DNA from: Breznakia sp. PF5-3
GTDB taxonomy: Bacteria > Bacillota_I > Bacilli_A > Erysipelotrichales > Erysipelotrichaceae
DNA length: 32,000 nucleotides
Assembly: GCF_029504745.1 (NCBI RefSeq)
Contig: NZ_JAQFIQ010000024.1
Coordinates: forward strand, 4,487 to 36,486
Direction: 5' to 3'
Below, piece by piece: positions 1 to 9,694 of this stretch (its first letter is position 1; the number at the start of each line of letters is the position of its first letter). Position numbers and translations under genes: made by a program. The notes beneath the pieces are model-generated. The model was not told the origin of the DNA, made no database searches, and worked only from the letters and a program-made list of their open reading frames with translations.

Positions 1-537
1 GGTACTTCTAGCAAAATCACCTCGAGCAACAATACTCATTCCAACAGCATAAGTAACAAAAATATTGTATTTTGCAATATCATCATATGTTTGCCAAGAA
101 TCATAATTTTTATGATTATATTTTCTTACACTATCGCGTATTATATTATCTTTTCCATCAATTATTTGGCGATCTGATGCAACCAATAAAGTATCCGTAT
201 CATTGAGATATTGTACACATTTTTCGATCTTATTTGGCATCCAAATGTCATCTTGGTCACAAAATGCTATATATTCCCCTTTGGAAGCTTCTAGTAACTT
301 TCCAAAAGCTAAAATATAATTCAAATTTTTTTCTTCGTAGGGAAGTAATTCATAAGAAAAATTAGTTATGTATTCTTTAAAAATCAAAGGATCTGTTCGC
401 TTATCAACACAATCATCAAATACATATATTTTAATATTCGTATATGTTTGTTGATTTATAGATATTAGCTGTTTCTTCAAATAATCTAAATTAGGATTAT
501 ATACAGAAAGTAATATATCAACTCGCCCTCTTTTCAC
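1..537 (-). CDS. Family-2 glycosyltransferase, N-terminal 179 codons only (gene runs off the left edge)
   Basis: Hand translation of the minus strand from GTG 535-537 gives KRGRVDILLSVYNPNLDYLKKQLISINQQTYTNIKIYVFDDCVDKR...GEYIAFCDQDDIWMPNKIEK. This shows a GT2-type N-terminus and a DQDD (DxD) motif. GGAGG at 546-550 lies 8 nt upstream of this GTG; the in-frame GTG at 544-546 is too close to the SD. Not in the ORF track because there is no stop codon inside the window. Confidence 0.8.
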   Translation of the reverse strand, partial: MKRGRVDILLSVYNPNLDYLKKQLISINQQTYTNIKIYVFDDCVDKRTDPLIFKEYITNFSYELLPYEEKNLNYILAFGKLLEASKGEYIAFCDQDDIWMPNKIEKCVQYLNDTDTLLVASDRQIIDGKDNIIRDSVRKYNHKNYDSWQTYDDIAKYNIFVTYAVGMSIVARGDFARST

Positions 538-567
538 TACTATCACCTCCACACTCATCACAAAGCA

Positions 568-597
568 AAGAATATAAGTTTTAAAACTTATATTCTT
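568..597 (-). repeat. 30-bp perfect palindrome overlapping the rmlB stop codon; possible intercistronic hairpin or weak terminator
   Basis: AAGAATATAAGTTTTAAAACTTATATTCTT equals its own reverse complement (14-bp arms). It covers stop codon 588-590. On the minus strand it is followed by TGCTTTGTG, which is only moderately T-rich. Confidence 0.55.
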
Positions 598-1616
598 CCT
601 TTTTCTTTATACATTTTATCAAAATATTCTTGATATTCACCACTTAAAATATTTTGCCACCATTCTTTATTATCCAAATACCACTGGATCGTTTGCTGTA
701 TTCCTGTATCAAAATTATACTTAGGTTTCCAACCTAATTCTGTTTCTAATTTTTTGGGATCAATCGCATAACGCATATCATGTCCTTTTCTATCTTCTAC
801 AAAATTAATTAAAGATTCTGGACGATCTAACGCCTTTAATATAGTCTTTACAACCTCAAGATTTGTTCTTTCATTATGTCCACCCACATTATATACTTCG
901 CCATCTTTTCCTTTTCGGATTATTAAATCAATTGCTACACAATGATCATACACATGCAACCAATCTCTAACATTATCCCCTTTTCCATAAACTGGTAGAC
1001 TTTCATTGTCAAGTGCCCGAGCAATCATTAAGGGGATTAGTTTTTCCGGAAAATGGTATGGCCCATAATTATTTGAACATCTGCTAATTGTAACTGGCAA
1101 CCCAAATGTCCGTTGATATGCTAATACAAATAAATCAGCTGCTGCTTTTGCACTACTATAAGGACTAGATGTATGTAACGGTGTCTCTTCAGTAAAAAAC
1201 AAATCTGGGCGATCTAATGGTAAATCTCCATAAACTTCATCAGTAGATACTTGATGATAACGTTTAACACCATATTCTTTTGAAGCATCTAAAAGAGTTG
1301 TTGTTCCCATTACATTCGTTTTTACAAAAATTTCTGGATTTTCAATACTTCTATCAACATGTGATTCTGCAGCAAAATTGACTACTACATCAAATTTTTC
1401 TTTTTTGAATAAATCAAAAATAAAATCACGATCAGCAATATCTCCTTTTACAAATTTATAATTCGGTTTGTTTTCTACGGATTTTAGTGTTTCCAAATTC
1501 CCTGCATAGGTTAGCAAGTCTAAGCACACAATTTCATCCTCTGGATATGTGTCCACCATATAATGAACAAAATTCCCTCCAATAAAGCCAGCTCCGCCTG
1601 TTACTAAAAATTTCAT
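588..1616 (-). CDS. rmlB: dTDP-glucose 4,6-dehydratase
   Basis: MKFLVTGGAGFIGGNF Rossmann start, YSSAKAAAD (YxxxK) and typical RmlB length (342 aa). The track ORF 588-1688 is trimmed to ATG 1614-1616, which follows a GGAGAC SD and sits 1 nt after the rmlC stop. Confidence 0.93.
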   Translation of the reverse strand: MKFLVTGGAGFIGGNFVHYMVDTYPEDEIVCLDLLTYAGNLETLKSVENKPNYKFVKGDIADRDFIFDLFKKEKFDVVVNFAAESHVDRSIENPEIFVKTNVMGTTTLLDASKEYGVKRYHQVSTDEVYGDLPLDRPDLFFTEETPLHTSSPYSSAKAAADLFVLAYQRTFGLPVTISRCSNNYGPYHFPEKLIPLMIARALDNESLPVYGKGDNVRDWLHVYDHCVAIDLIIRKGKDGEVYNVGGHNERTNLEVVKTILKALDRPESLINFVEDRKGHDMRYAIDPKKLETELGWKPKYNFDTGIQQTIQWYLDNKEWWQNILSGEYQEYFDKMYKEKGRI

Positions 1617-1617
1617 A

Positions 1618-2193
1618 TTATTTGTCTCCTTCGTAAATAAAATTACAATCACTCTCTTCAAGTGTTGGGCCAGATATATCTTTCTCACTTAAAATAGGTT
1701 CAATTCCATTCAATAGCTGTCCCCAATCAACCCCAATGCTAGGATCATCATATCGAATTCCTCGATCACATTCTTTAGAATATTCGGAATCTACTTTATA
1801 TTGAAATTCTACATCATCGCTCAAACATAAAAATCCATGTGCAAACCCTTTGGGTATAAATAACATTTTCTTATTTTCATCACTCAATTCAACACTTACC
1901 CATTGCTTATATGTTGGACTTCCCTTTCGAATATCTACAGCTACATCTACAACCTTTCCGCGCGTACAACGCACAAGCTTTGCTTGAGCATGTGGATTGT
2001 TTTGAAAATGAAGTCCTCTTAATGTTCCTCTTTTTTGCGACATAGAATGATTATCTTGAACAAAATCATTTTTTATTCCTAAATCCGAAAATTTAGTAGC
2101 AGAGTAAGTTTCCATAAACCAACCCCTATGATCACCAAAACAGTCTGGTTCAACAATCAAGACTTCTGGTAAATCTGTTTTTATAACTTTCAT
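1618..2193 (-). CDS. rmlC: dTDP-4-dehydrorhamnose 3,5-epimerase
   Basis: 191 aa with FGDHRGWFMETY and RGLHFQ cupin motifs typical of RmlC. Directly abuts the rmlA stop. Confidence 0.92.
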   Translation of the reverse strand: MKVIKTDLPEVLIVEPDCFGDHRGWFMETYSATKFSDLGIKNDFVQDNHSMSQKRGTLRGLHFQNNPHAQAKLVRCTRGKVVDVAVDIRKGSPTYKQWVSVELSDENKKMLFIPKGFAHGFLCLSDDVEFQYKVDSEYSKECDRGIRYDDPSIGVDWGQLLNGIEPILSEKDISGPTLEESDCNFIYEGDK

Positions 2194-3084
2194 TTATTTA
2201 ACCTCTTTATCAATATACTTACGATCTAAAATCTTTTTAAGATACTTTCCATACTGATTTTTCTTATAAATATCATAAATCGTATTTAATTCATCATGAT
2301 TAATCCAACCATTATCATATGCAATTTCTTCAAGACATGCAATCTTTCTATTTTGATGTGTTTCAATAGTATGTACAAAATTTGCTGCATCTATAAGAGA
2401 TTCATGTGTTCCTGTATCTAACCATGTGAATCCATCTCCTAATAGAGTCACATTTAATTCATCATTTTCTAAATAAATTCTATTTAAATCTGTAATTTCT
2501 AACTCACCACGTTCACTAGGTTTTAAGGCTTTTGCATACTCTACCACTTTATTATCATAGAAATATAGACCTGTTACTGCATAGTTCGATTTAGGTTTCT
2601 TTGGTTTTTCTTCCAATGATTTTGCTTTTCCACCTTCATCAAATTCTACCACGCCAAACCGCTCTGGGTCTTCCACATAATATCCAAATACAGTAGCACC
2701 TTTTTCCTTTTCAACTGCTGCTCGTAAACGTTTTGTTAGTCCATGCCCATGGAAAATATTATCTCCTAGAATCATAGCACAGCTATCATTAGCTATAAAT
2801 TCTTCACCAATAATAAAAGCTTGTGCTAAGCCATCAGGTGAAGGTTGAACTTTGTAGCTTAATTCAATCCCAAACTGATTCCCATCACCTAGCAATTCTT
2901 TAAACCTAGGAGTATCTTCTGGGGTAGAAATAATTAATATTTCTTTTATACCTGCACTCATTAAAATAGATAAGGGATAATAAATCATTGGTTTATCATA
3001 AATAGGTAATAATTGCTTACTTGTTACTTTTGTAAGTGGATATAATCTAGTCCCACTTCCACCTGCTAAAACTATTCCTTTCAT
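2194..3084 (-). CDS. rmlA: Glucose-1-phosphate thymidylyltransferase
   Basis: [18 protein letters not shown] signature. Start trimmed from 3162 to ATG 3082-3084, which follows an AGGAGA SD. Confidence 0.93.
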   Translation of the reverse strand: MKGIVLAGGSGTRLYPLTKVTSKQLLPIYDKPMIYYPLSILMSAGIKEILIISTPEDTPRFKELLGDGNQFGIELSYKVQPSPDGLAQAFIIGEEFIANDSCAMILGDNIFHGHGLTKRLRAAVEKEKGATVFGYYVEDPERFGVVEFDEGGKAKSLEEKPKKPKSNYAVTGLYFYDNKVVEYAKALKPSERGELEITDLNRIYLENDELNVTLLGDGFTWLDTGTHESLIDAANFVHTIETHQNRKIACLEEIAYDNGWINHDELNTIYDIYKKNQYGKYLKKILDRKYIDKEVK

Positions 3085-3160
3085 AGTTTGTCTCCTTTTT
3101 AATATATTGTTATATTTTTCAAAATAAAACTTCTTAGAAAAAGCAAAATCTTTCCACAAC

Positions 3161-3190
3161 ATTATACTATATTTATAACTCTTATAGCAA
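3161..3190 (-). promoter_or_regulatory. Candidate sigma-A promoter for rmlACB
   Basis: Minus strand reads TTGCTA, an 18-nt spacer, then TATAAT (-35 at 3185-3190, -10 at 3161-3166), about 75 nt upstream of the rmlA ATG. Confidence 0.4.
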
Positions 3191-3212
3191 TAATGGATAA
3201 GGATATAAAGAA

Positions 3213-4682
3213 TTATTTCATATTTCTTATTACTCTAATAACCTCTACAATCTTACTCCTAAAGATATATAGTAGAATAAACATAATTACCATAAAACCA
3301 TATCTAAGCATATTATCTGTATACAAAAACAAAATAACAACATTACCAATTAAAAACAAAGTAGAGATTATGATAATGGACTTTAAATCATAAATACTTC
3401 CGGTTTGATAATTTTCAATATTTTGAGCACATACTTTTTCCATATAATAAATGTTCATAATTGCATAGAGAATGTAGGAAAATAATGTAACATAACCCGC
3501 TGCCAAGTAGCCAAATATTTTTATTCCAATATAATTAAATACAACATTTACAATTGCAGCAGTAATAGATGATTTTACCATATAAGATTTTTTCTCATAA
3601 TAAAACATAACATTGATGCTCATTTGAGATAGAAACAAAAACAGCATACTCCCTGCAACTGGAGGAACAATCCATATAGCTTCTACATAATTTGCTCCGC
3701 CTAACAACGCAATTGCTTCAGGTCCAAAGAAAATTAATAAAATTAGTAATGTTGCTACAAACATAATTAGCATATTTGATACTTTCTTCAAAGGCGCATA
3801 ATTTTTCTCCTTAATTCTATTATACATCCAAGGAACATAAGAATTATTGATTGCGGTCATCACAAAAGAAAGTAAAATGGAAAATTGAAAAGCAAATCCG
3901 TAAATCCCCGCTTTATCGCGTCCGCTCATTTGACTAATCATAATTCTGTCTGATTGATTAAAAATCACTTCTGACAAATAATAAGGAATAAGCGGGATAT
4001 TAAATGTCAGTGCATATTTCCAATATTTTTTCGAGAATATTTTCTTTCCACGTTTCAAATTCAGAAAAAAGAATAGGACACCAAATATAATATATATAAG
4101 GGCATTTGAGACAATTCTTGCACTCCCTTTATCATCTAATGAAAGTACAGCTATTACACCTAACACAGATGATAAAATAGTTATTGTTAATGTTACAAAT
4201 ATCATCGAGCGATAATGAAATGAAAACCTTTCTTTCGAACTCCAAAAAGCCACAAAAGCATGTCCAAGAATTTCTAATAACATTACAACAAAAAGAAGCA
4301 TCGGAATCTCAAGAATATTGCTCCAAAAAGAAGGATTAATTAAATATATGAGGAATACAAAAAAAGACAATACCAAACATAAACCTTGAATCGATGATAT
4401 ATATGTATCACGATCTTTATCAAACTTAGACATTGCTGTATTAAATGAACCATATTGTAAATTTAGTGTAGTAAAAATCATAACAATCCCTAACCAAGAA
4501 TTATAAATGGTGTATTGCCCATATTGATCTGTTGTTAACAAACGAGTAAAAATAGGAAGAGTTAAAAAAGCAATACCTCTTTGGAGAATACTACTTATGG
4601 TATACCATATAGAAGCTTTTACTTCGACTGGCAAACCTATATATTTATTTAATGCTGATTTAATTTTATTCATTATATTCAT
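3213..4682 (-). CDS. MOP-superfamily oligosaccharide or lipid-linked sugar flippase (Wzx-like)
   Basis: 489 aa and hydrophobic throughout (about 12-14 predicted helices). The N-terminus ...[37 protein letters not shown] is typical of polysaccharide biosynthesis (Wzx) proteins. The start may be ATG 4673 rather than 4682. Confidence 0.8.
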   Translation of the reverse strand: MNIMNKIKSALNKYIGLPVEVKASIWYTISSILQRGIAFLTLPIFTRLLTTDQYGQYTIYNSWLGIVMIFTTLNLQYGSFNTAMSKFDKDRDTYISSIQGLCLVLSFFVFLIYLINPSFWSNILEIPMLLFVVMLLEILGHAFVAFWSSKERFSFHYRSMIFVTLTITILSSVLGVIAVLSLDDKGSARIVSNALIYIIFGVLFFFLNLKRGKKIFSKKYWKYALTFNIPLIPYYLSEVIFNQSDRIMISQMSGRDKAGIYGFAFQFSILLSFVMTAINNSYVPWMYNRIKEKNYAPLKKVSNMLIMFVATLLILLIFFGPEAIALLGGANYVEAIWIVPPVAGSMLFLFLSQMSINVMFYYEKKSYMVKSSITAAIVNVVFNYIGIKIFGYLAAGYVTLFSYILYAIMNIYYMEKVCAQNIENYQTGSIYDLKSIIIISTLFLIGNVVILFLYTDNMLRYGFMVIMFILLYIFRSKIVEVIRVIRNMK

Positions 4683-5172
4683 CCTTTAACAAGCCATACC
4701 ATAGTAAATCATGATATCCCAAATCGTTATGTAAATGATTTCTAAACTTACCTTCATAAACAAAACCAAATTTTTCATAAAACCGATTAGCTCTTTTATT
4801 TATATTCAAAACACATAAATAAATCCGATCCAATTGTAATTCATTAAATGCATATTTTAAAATTTGTTCAGTGGCTAAGGCCGCAATTCCTTTTCCTTTA
4901 GCAATATCACGAATACTTATTGCATATTCAGCATTTTTATTCTTTTGATCTATATTTTTCAAAGAAATCGTTCCCAAATATTCATCATTTTCCTCAACAA
5001 TTGCAAAATGTTGATTCGTTTGTGAATATGAATGTTCAATAAAATTTTCGACATCTTCTTTTTTCATAGAAGTGAAATTTGTTTGAAAAATATCATTATT
5101 AACACGATTATGCATCCATTCCAACATCAAAGGTGCATCTTCTTTTTTTAACCGTCTCAACATAACCATCAT
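4666..5172 (-). CDS. GNAT-family N-acetyltransferase (RimL/PseH-like); by context the amino-sugar N-acetyltransferase
   Basis: GNAT layout with the acetyl-CoA loop IAKGKGIAALATEQILKYAF and NKRANRFYEKFGF. The start is ambiguous among ATG 5172, 5169 and 5163 downstream of a GAGG SD. The 3' end overlaps the flippase start. Confidence 0.8.
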   Translation of the reverse strand: MMVMLRRLKKEDAPLMLEWMHNRVNNDIFQTNFTSMKKEDVENFIEHSYSQTNQHFAIVEENDEYLGTISLKNIDQKNKNAEYAISIRDIAKGKGIAALATEQILKYAFNELQLDRIYLCVLNINKRANRFYEKFGFVYEGKFRNHLHNDLGYHDLLWYGLLKDEYNE

Positions 5173-5188
5173 TGTACCTCTTCTCTTT

Positions 5189-6289
5189 TTAGTAAGCATT
5201 TATTACATTTACAACATATTCTATTTCATTAAGTGTAAGCCCATAATACATTGGCAAACTGATGATTGTTTCTGAGATTTTTTCACAGATTTCTAATGTA
5301 CCTGCATCCATTCCTAATTCAGCATATGCTTCTTGTAAATGCATTGGAATAGGGTAATGAATCATCGTTTGAATTCCTTTATCATTTAAATATTTTTCAA
5401 ACTCTGCTCTGTTCTTTGTTCGAACCGCAAAAATATGCCATACTGGAGTTACAAAATCACTAACCTTTGGCAATCCGATTTTTTTATTTTTAATATTGTT
5501 CAAATAGTAATTAGCGATTTCAGTTCTTCTTTTATTCCATTTATCTAGATAATCTAATTTTTCAGATAAAATAGCAGCTTGCATTTCATCTAAACGTGAA
5601 TTTGTGCCCATATAAATATGATGATATTTATAATCTGATCCATAATTACCAATCGCTCTGATTTTATCTGCAAGTTCTTTGTCATTTGTTGTCACAGCTC
5701 CTGCATCTCCCATAGCTCCAAGGTTTTTTCCCGGATAAAAACTAAAACCTGCAGCATCTCCCAAAGATCCTACTTTTTTCCCCTTGTATTTCGCCCCTTG
5801 TGCCTGAGCAGCATCTTCAATAACTTTTAAATTATATTTTTGAGCGACTTTCATTATAGGATCCATGTCACAAGGTTGCCCGTACAAGTGTACAGCAATT
5901 ATAGCTTTTGTATTCTCTGTTACTTTTTCTTCTATTTCAGAAGGATCAATATTATAAGTTTCTTTATCAGGTTCCACGAATACCACCTTTGCACCAACAT
6001 AAGAAACCGCAAGTGCAGTCGCAATATACGTATTTGAAGGAATGATAACCTCATCTCCAACACCTATACCATATGCTTGTAAAATTAGGCGCAATGCATC
6101 TAAACCATTACCACAACCTACAGCATATTTACATTCACAATAGTTTGCAAATTTTTCTTCAAACTTCTCATTTTCTTTTCCTAAAATATACCAATCAGAA
6201 TCCATCACTCTTTTTACAGCTTCATCTAATTCATTTCTTATCTCAGAATGCATTATATCAAGAGCATTAAATTTTACTATATCTTTCAT
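5189..6289 (-). CDS. DegT/DnrJ/EryC1-family PLP-dependent sugar aminotransferase (FdtB/QdtB-like)
   Basis: GCGNGLDAL and the [22 protein letters not shown]-lysine motif. Start trimmed to ATG 6287-6289, 7 nt after AAAGGAG and 4 nt after the upstream stop. Confidence 0.88.
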   Translation of the reverse strand: MKDIVKFNALDIMHSEIRNELDEAVKRVMDSDWYILGKENEKFEEKFANYCECKYAVGCGNGLDALRLILQAYGIGVGDEVIIPSNTYIATALAVSYVGAKVVFVEPDKETYNIDPSEIEEKVTENTKAIIAVHLYGQPCDMDPIMKVAQKYNLKVIEDAAQAQGAKYKGKKVGSLGDAAGFSFYPGKNLGAMGDAGAVTTNDKELADKIRAIGNYGSDYKYHHIYMGTNSRLDEMQAAILSEKLDYLDKWNKRRTEIANYYLNNIKNKKIGLPKVSDFVTPVWHIFAVRTKNRAEFEKYLNDKGIQTMIHYPIPMHLQEAYAELGMDAGTLEICEKISETIISLPMYYGLTLNEIEYVVNVINAY

Positions 6290-6293
6290 TTGT

Positions 6294-6731
6294 TTACTCC
6301 TTTTCACCAAAATAAAGTGTCGCTTTTTTTAAATAGTCATCATAGTCCCGCAAATATTCATCTTCTGCATAATGTTCTGATGCCAAAACAAGCAAAACAC
6401 TTCCTGGTGAAAAATTTGACATTTCTCTCCATACCATCGGCCCTATATAAAGACCTATTGCTGGGTTATTTAATGTTATTTTTTCTTTTTCATCTGGTGT
6501 AGAAATTTCAATATCAACACTACCATTCAAACAAAGCAGCACCTGTTGTAACTCTCTATGTGAATGAAAGCCTCGTGTAGTATTTTCTGGGACTTTGGTT
6601 AGATAGTAAATACGTTTAATCTCAAAGGGAACATCAATAGCAGATTCTATTGGTGTTAAATGACCCATTGGTCGAGTTTGGTTATGTACGTCAGTGATAT
6701 CTTTAAAATGTATCATTTTTGTGTTTTTCAT
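6294..6731 (-). CDS. WxcM/FdtA/QdtA-like dTDP-4-keto-6-deoxyhexose 3,4-ketoisomerase (small cupin)
   Basis: 145 aa with the motifs [30 protein letters not shown] (RGxHxH) and LVLASEHY, matching the FdtA-type isomerase pattern. An AGGAGA SD lies 5 nt upstream of the ATG. Confidence 0.78.
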   Translation of the reverse strand: MKNTKMIHFKDITDVHNQTRPMGHLTPIESAIDVPFEIKRIYYLTKVPENTTRGFHSHRELQQVLLCLNGSVDIEISTPDEKEKITLNNPAIGLYIGPMVWREMSNFSPGSVLLVLASEHYAEDEYLRDYDDYLKKATLYFGEKE

Positions 6732-6768
6732 TTTGTTCTCCTAATAAAATAACCTTTTTACTTTACCT

Positions 6769-6798
6769 ATTATATAACAGTATTGAAATACTAAGCAA
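6769..6798 (-). promoter_or_regulatory. Candidate sigma-A promoter ahead of the isomerase, aminotransferase, GNAT and flippase genes
   Basis: Minus strand reads TTGCTT, an 18-nt spacer, then TATAAT. The spacer contains the small inverted repeat AGTATT-TC-AATACT. Confidence 0.4.
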
Positions 6799-6805
6799 AT
6801 AACAT

Positions 6806-7723
6806 TTAATGATTTAATGATACTCTAATTAACCGATAAGTTTTTTTCAAAAAAGTAAAGGATGTAAATACCAATTTTACTCCATTTACAAAGAAACCAA
6901 ATAATTGCTTCTTTTCAATATTGTTTAATGCTTTATTAAAGATAACATTTGCCTTCTTATAGCGTTCAGATTTTACCTCTGAAAACTTATAATCAACATA
7001 CGTATGAGCATCTATAATTTGTGCCACTTTCCCATGTCTATATTCTCTAGTAATATATTCCATATATAAATATTGTCGAAGTAGATTATTTCTTGAAATA
7101 CTTTGTGATGTCATTCGATACTTTAGAACCGTATCATTAATGTTTGAAACTCTATATCCGGCTAATATTGCTCGTAATGTAAAATCATAATCTTCACATA
7201 GCGGCATTTCACGATATCCATTTAGCTTTATAAATAAATCTCGTTTCGCCAACCAGGTAGGATGAGCAATACATTGATTATACCTAATTACTTTTTTTAT
7301 TACTTGTTCATTAGTAGGAATTTTTTTAATTGAATACAAGCTCTCACCATCTTCATTAATAATTTGTGTATTTCCTCCAATTAAGTCCAAATCATTATCT
7401 CTTAGATAACGAATTTGCTTCTCAAATCGATCTTCACTAGAAATATCATCTGCATCCATTCTTGCAATATACTTTCTTTGTGCATATTTTAAACCTTTAT
7501 TCAAAGATTTTGTAAGTCCTAAATTTTTTTCATTAACATAGAATTGTATTCTTTGATCATTAAGAGCATATCCATTAATAATATTTTTATGAAGCATATT
7601 ATCTGGATTGTCTAAAATAATAATAAATTCAAAATCTGTATAGGTTTGTTTCAAAATGGATTCTATCGCAGATCTCAAAAAATGCTCAGGCTCTTTATAT
7701 GTTGACATTATTACCGATATCAT
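6806..7723 (-). CDS. Family-2 glycosyltransferase
   Basis: MISVIMSTYKEPEHFLRSAIESILKQTYTDFEFIIILDNP and ARMDADD (DxD). Confidence 0.88.
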   Translation of the reverse strand: MISVIMSTYKEPEHFLRSAIESILKQTYTDFEFIIILDNPDNMLHKNIINGYALNDQRIQFYVNEKNLGLTKSLNKGLKYAQRKYIARMDADDISSEDRFEKQIRYLRDNDLDLIGGNTQIINEDGESLYSIKKIPTNEQVIKKVIRYNQCIAHPTWLAKRDLFIKLNGYREMPLCEDYDFTLRAILAGYRVSNINDTVLKYRMTSQSISRNNLLRQYLYMEYITREYRHGKVAQIIDAHTYVDYKFSEVKSERYKKANVIFNKALNNIEKKQLFGFFVNGVKLVFTSFTFLKKTYRLIRVSLNH

Positions 7724-7780
7724 AAGTTATTTTCCTTCCTACGTAAGTTTAACACATACATTCTTTTTATATTATACAAA

Positions 7781-9694
7781 CTAATTTATTAAATCCCATT
7801 CTTGCTCTAATTCTTTATACCGTTCTTTAATTCTTTGTTGTTGTTTGGAAGAAAGTGTATATGTATGATTCAAATATTCATGAACTCTTTCTATTTCTCT
7901 TAAATATTCTTTTTTCTTTGTTACTAAAGTAGTATTGTCTCCATGAACTCTATAATAGTTATTAGCATTCGTAGAATATAAAATATTACCTTCGCTTAAC
8001 ATTTGAATATAAAACATCCAATCACCAACCTGTTTAAACTCTTTTGCTTTTATAAAATACGGTACATAATTATTTTCAGAATTCTTAAATAATACTGAAG
8101 ATACATTAATAATCGTACAGTTTAAGTACATATATTTCATAATTTCATCATACCCTAAATTACTGTAAGAAGATGCCCAATGACCAGTTTGATCCAAATC
8201 AATTAGTTTCTCTGAGTCTTTTAGAATAATATTAGTTTTCTTATTTATATATTGTGTTTTACAATAAGCAATCATAGGTAATTCATCTTCATTTTCCATT
8301 TTATTAATTAAATCTTTTGCGAATGAAGGTGTACAGTAATCATCTGCTTCCGCAATCCAAACATAATCATTTGAGGCGCATTGGAAAGCCTTTTCCCATT
8401 GATTAAAAACATTACCACTATTTGTGTCATTAAATTGAAAAGAAATATTAACAGCATCTTTTAACTCTTCTACAATTTTCATAATCAATTCTTGACTCCC
8501 GTCACTTGAACAGTCATCCAAAATAATAATCTCATCAATCTTATAGTCCTGATACAAAATACTATAAATTCTTTCATATAAATAGTGCTTATAATTATAG
8601 TTTGGAATAATTGCAGATATCTTGATATTTCCTGATTTAAGAGTTTTTTGTTTTGTTGCAGCAGAAATCAAATCTTTCATTGCTATTTCTTTAGAAATTA
8701 TGCGTTTCCTAAAATCTAATTTCTTTGCAATTTGATAAAGTGATATCGTTATATTTGAAATAAATATTAATCGATGACTTACTAAAAACAATAATATGCG
8801 ATAATAAATACGATTAATTTTTCCATGTGTTTTTAAATGATTGTTGAAATATCCATTAGATACTAGATTAATCCCCTTACTCTTTCTATAAAATGTTTTT
8901 AAATATTTGTATCTATCTAAAAAGGGGCCTATTGTGATAAGTGAGTAAATAAAGAATAATAAAATTTGATTATATATAATGATATCCTCGTATTGTTCTT
9001 TATCTTTAGAATCCATTCTTTCCAAAGCCATTTTAACAGCTGGGAAAACATTAAATTTATTAAAATCAAATATTCTATTTTGAACAGATTCTGCATTTTG
9101 TACATACATATAATATGTTTCCTCTGTGTAAACAATCGTTTTAGCATGTGCAATAATTGGAATTATTGTAGCCACGTCTTCATTAATTATCCCCTCAACA
9201 AACGTTAATTTTTCAAAGCATTCTTTACTAAATATTTTTGCACATGGAGACGCAATAAAAGGATTCGCAATTAATTCCTTTTTATTATGAAAAGAAAAAC
9301 TACTTTTTGTCATCTTTTCATTTTTTAGGATTATATCACAAATTGCAATATCTGCATTTCTTTCACTTACACTTGTGTATAACTCTTGCACATAATTATC
9401 TGGAATAACATCATCTACATCAATAAAACAAATATACTTTCCTTTAGCTTTTTTAATGCCAATATTTCTCGAAAACCCAGCTCCGCTATTTTTTTCATTT
9501 GTGTATATACTATAAAAATCAGGAAGATTTTGTAAATAATTTATCGTATTATCTGTAGAACAATCATTTATAAGAAGTACTTCAAAATTTTGTAATGTTT
9601 GTCTTTTTAAAGCTGCAATTATATTTTTTATGTAAGCCTCACCATTATATATGGGAATTATAATACTTACATCAACTGTTTCATACGCTTTCAT
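7781..9694 (-). CDS. Two-domain glycosyltransferase (GT2 + GT2) with a hydrophobic central linker
   Basis: The N-domain has VSIIIPIYNGEAYI...LLINDCSTDNT...FIDVDD. The C-domain has ISAIIPNYNYKHYL...IILDDCSSDGS...IAEADD. Between them lie hydrophobic stretches (ILLFFIYSLITIGPFL and ILLFLVSHRLIFISNITISL). ATGA overlap with the upstream gene at 9691-9694. Confidence 0.85.
   Translation of the reverse strand: MKAYETVDVSIIIPIYNGEAYIKNIIAALKRQTLQNFEVLLINDCSTDNTINYLQNLPDFYSIYTNEKNSGAGFSRNIGIKKAKGKYICFIDVDDVIPDNYVQELYTSVSERNADIAICDIILKNEKMTKSSFSFHNKKELIANPFIASPCAKIFSKECFEKLTFVEGIINEDVATIIPIIAHAKTIVYTEETYYMYVQNAESVQNRIFDFNKFNVFPAVKMALERMDSKDKEQYEDIIIYNQILLFFIYSLITIGPFLDRYKYLKTFYRKSKGINLVSNGYFNNHLKTHGKINRIYYRILLFLVSHRLIFISNITISLYQIAKKLDFRKRIISKEIAMKDLISAATKQKTLKSGNIKISAIIPNYNYKHYLYERIYSILYQDYKIDEIIILDDCSSDGSQELIMKIVEELKDAVNISFQFNDTNSGNVFNQWEKAFQCASNDYVWIAEADDYCTPSFAKDLINKMENEDELPMIAYCKTQYINKKTNIILKDSEKLIDLDQTGHWASSYSNLGYDEIMKYMYLNCTIINVSSVLFKNSENNYVPYFIKAKEFKQVGDWMFYIQMLSEGNILYSTNANNYYRVHGDNTTLVTKKKEYLREIERVHEYLNHTYTLSSKQQQRIKERYKELEQEWDLIN

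Noticed and set aside
588-1688. Long N-terminal extensions of track ORFs (588-1688, 2194-3162, 4666-5199, 5189-6310, 12179-14254, 20668-21213, 24858-, 25681-, 27107-27511, 29290-, 30236-30952)
   Set aside because: The extensions overlap the upstream gene or start at TTG/GTG with no SD. In each case an internal ATG or GTG with a properly spaced GGAGG-type SD coincides with the conserved family N-terminus, so the coordinates were trimmed.
7771-7778. TGTATAAT upstream of the GT2 gene at 7723 as an internal promoter
   Set aside because: The TG directly abuts the hexamer, so it is not a TGn extended -10. The -35 position reads ATGGGA or AATGGG. In DNA this AT-rich, a lone TATAAT is expected by chance.
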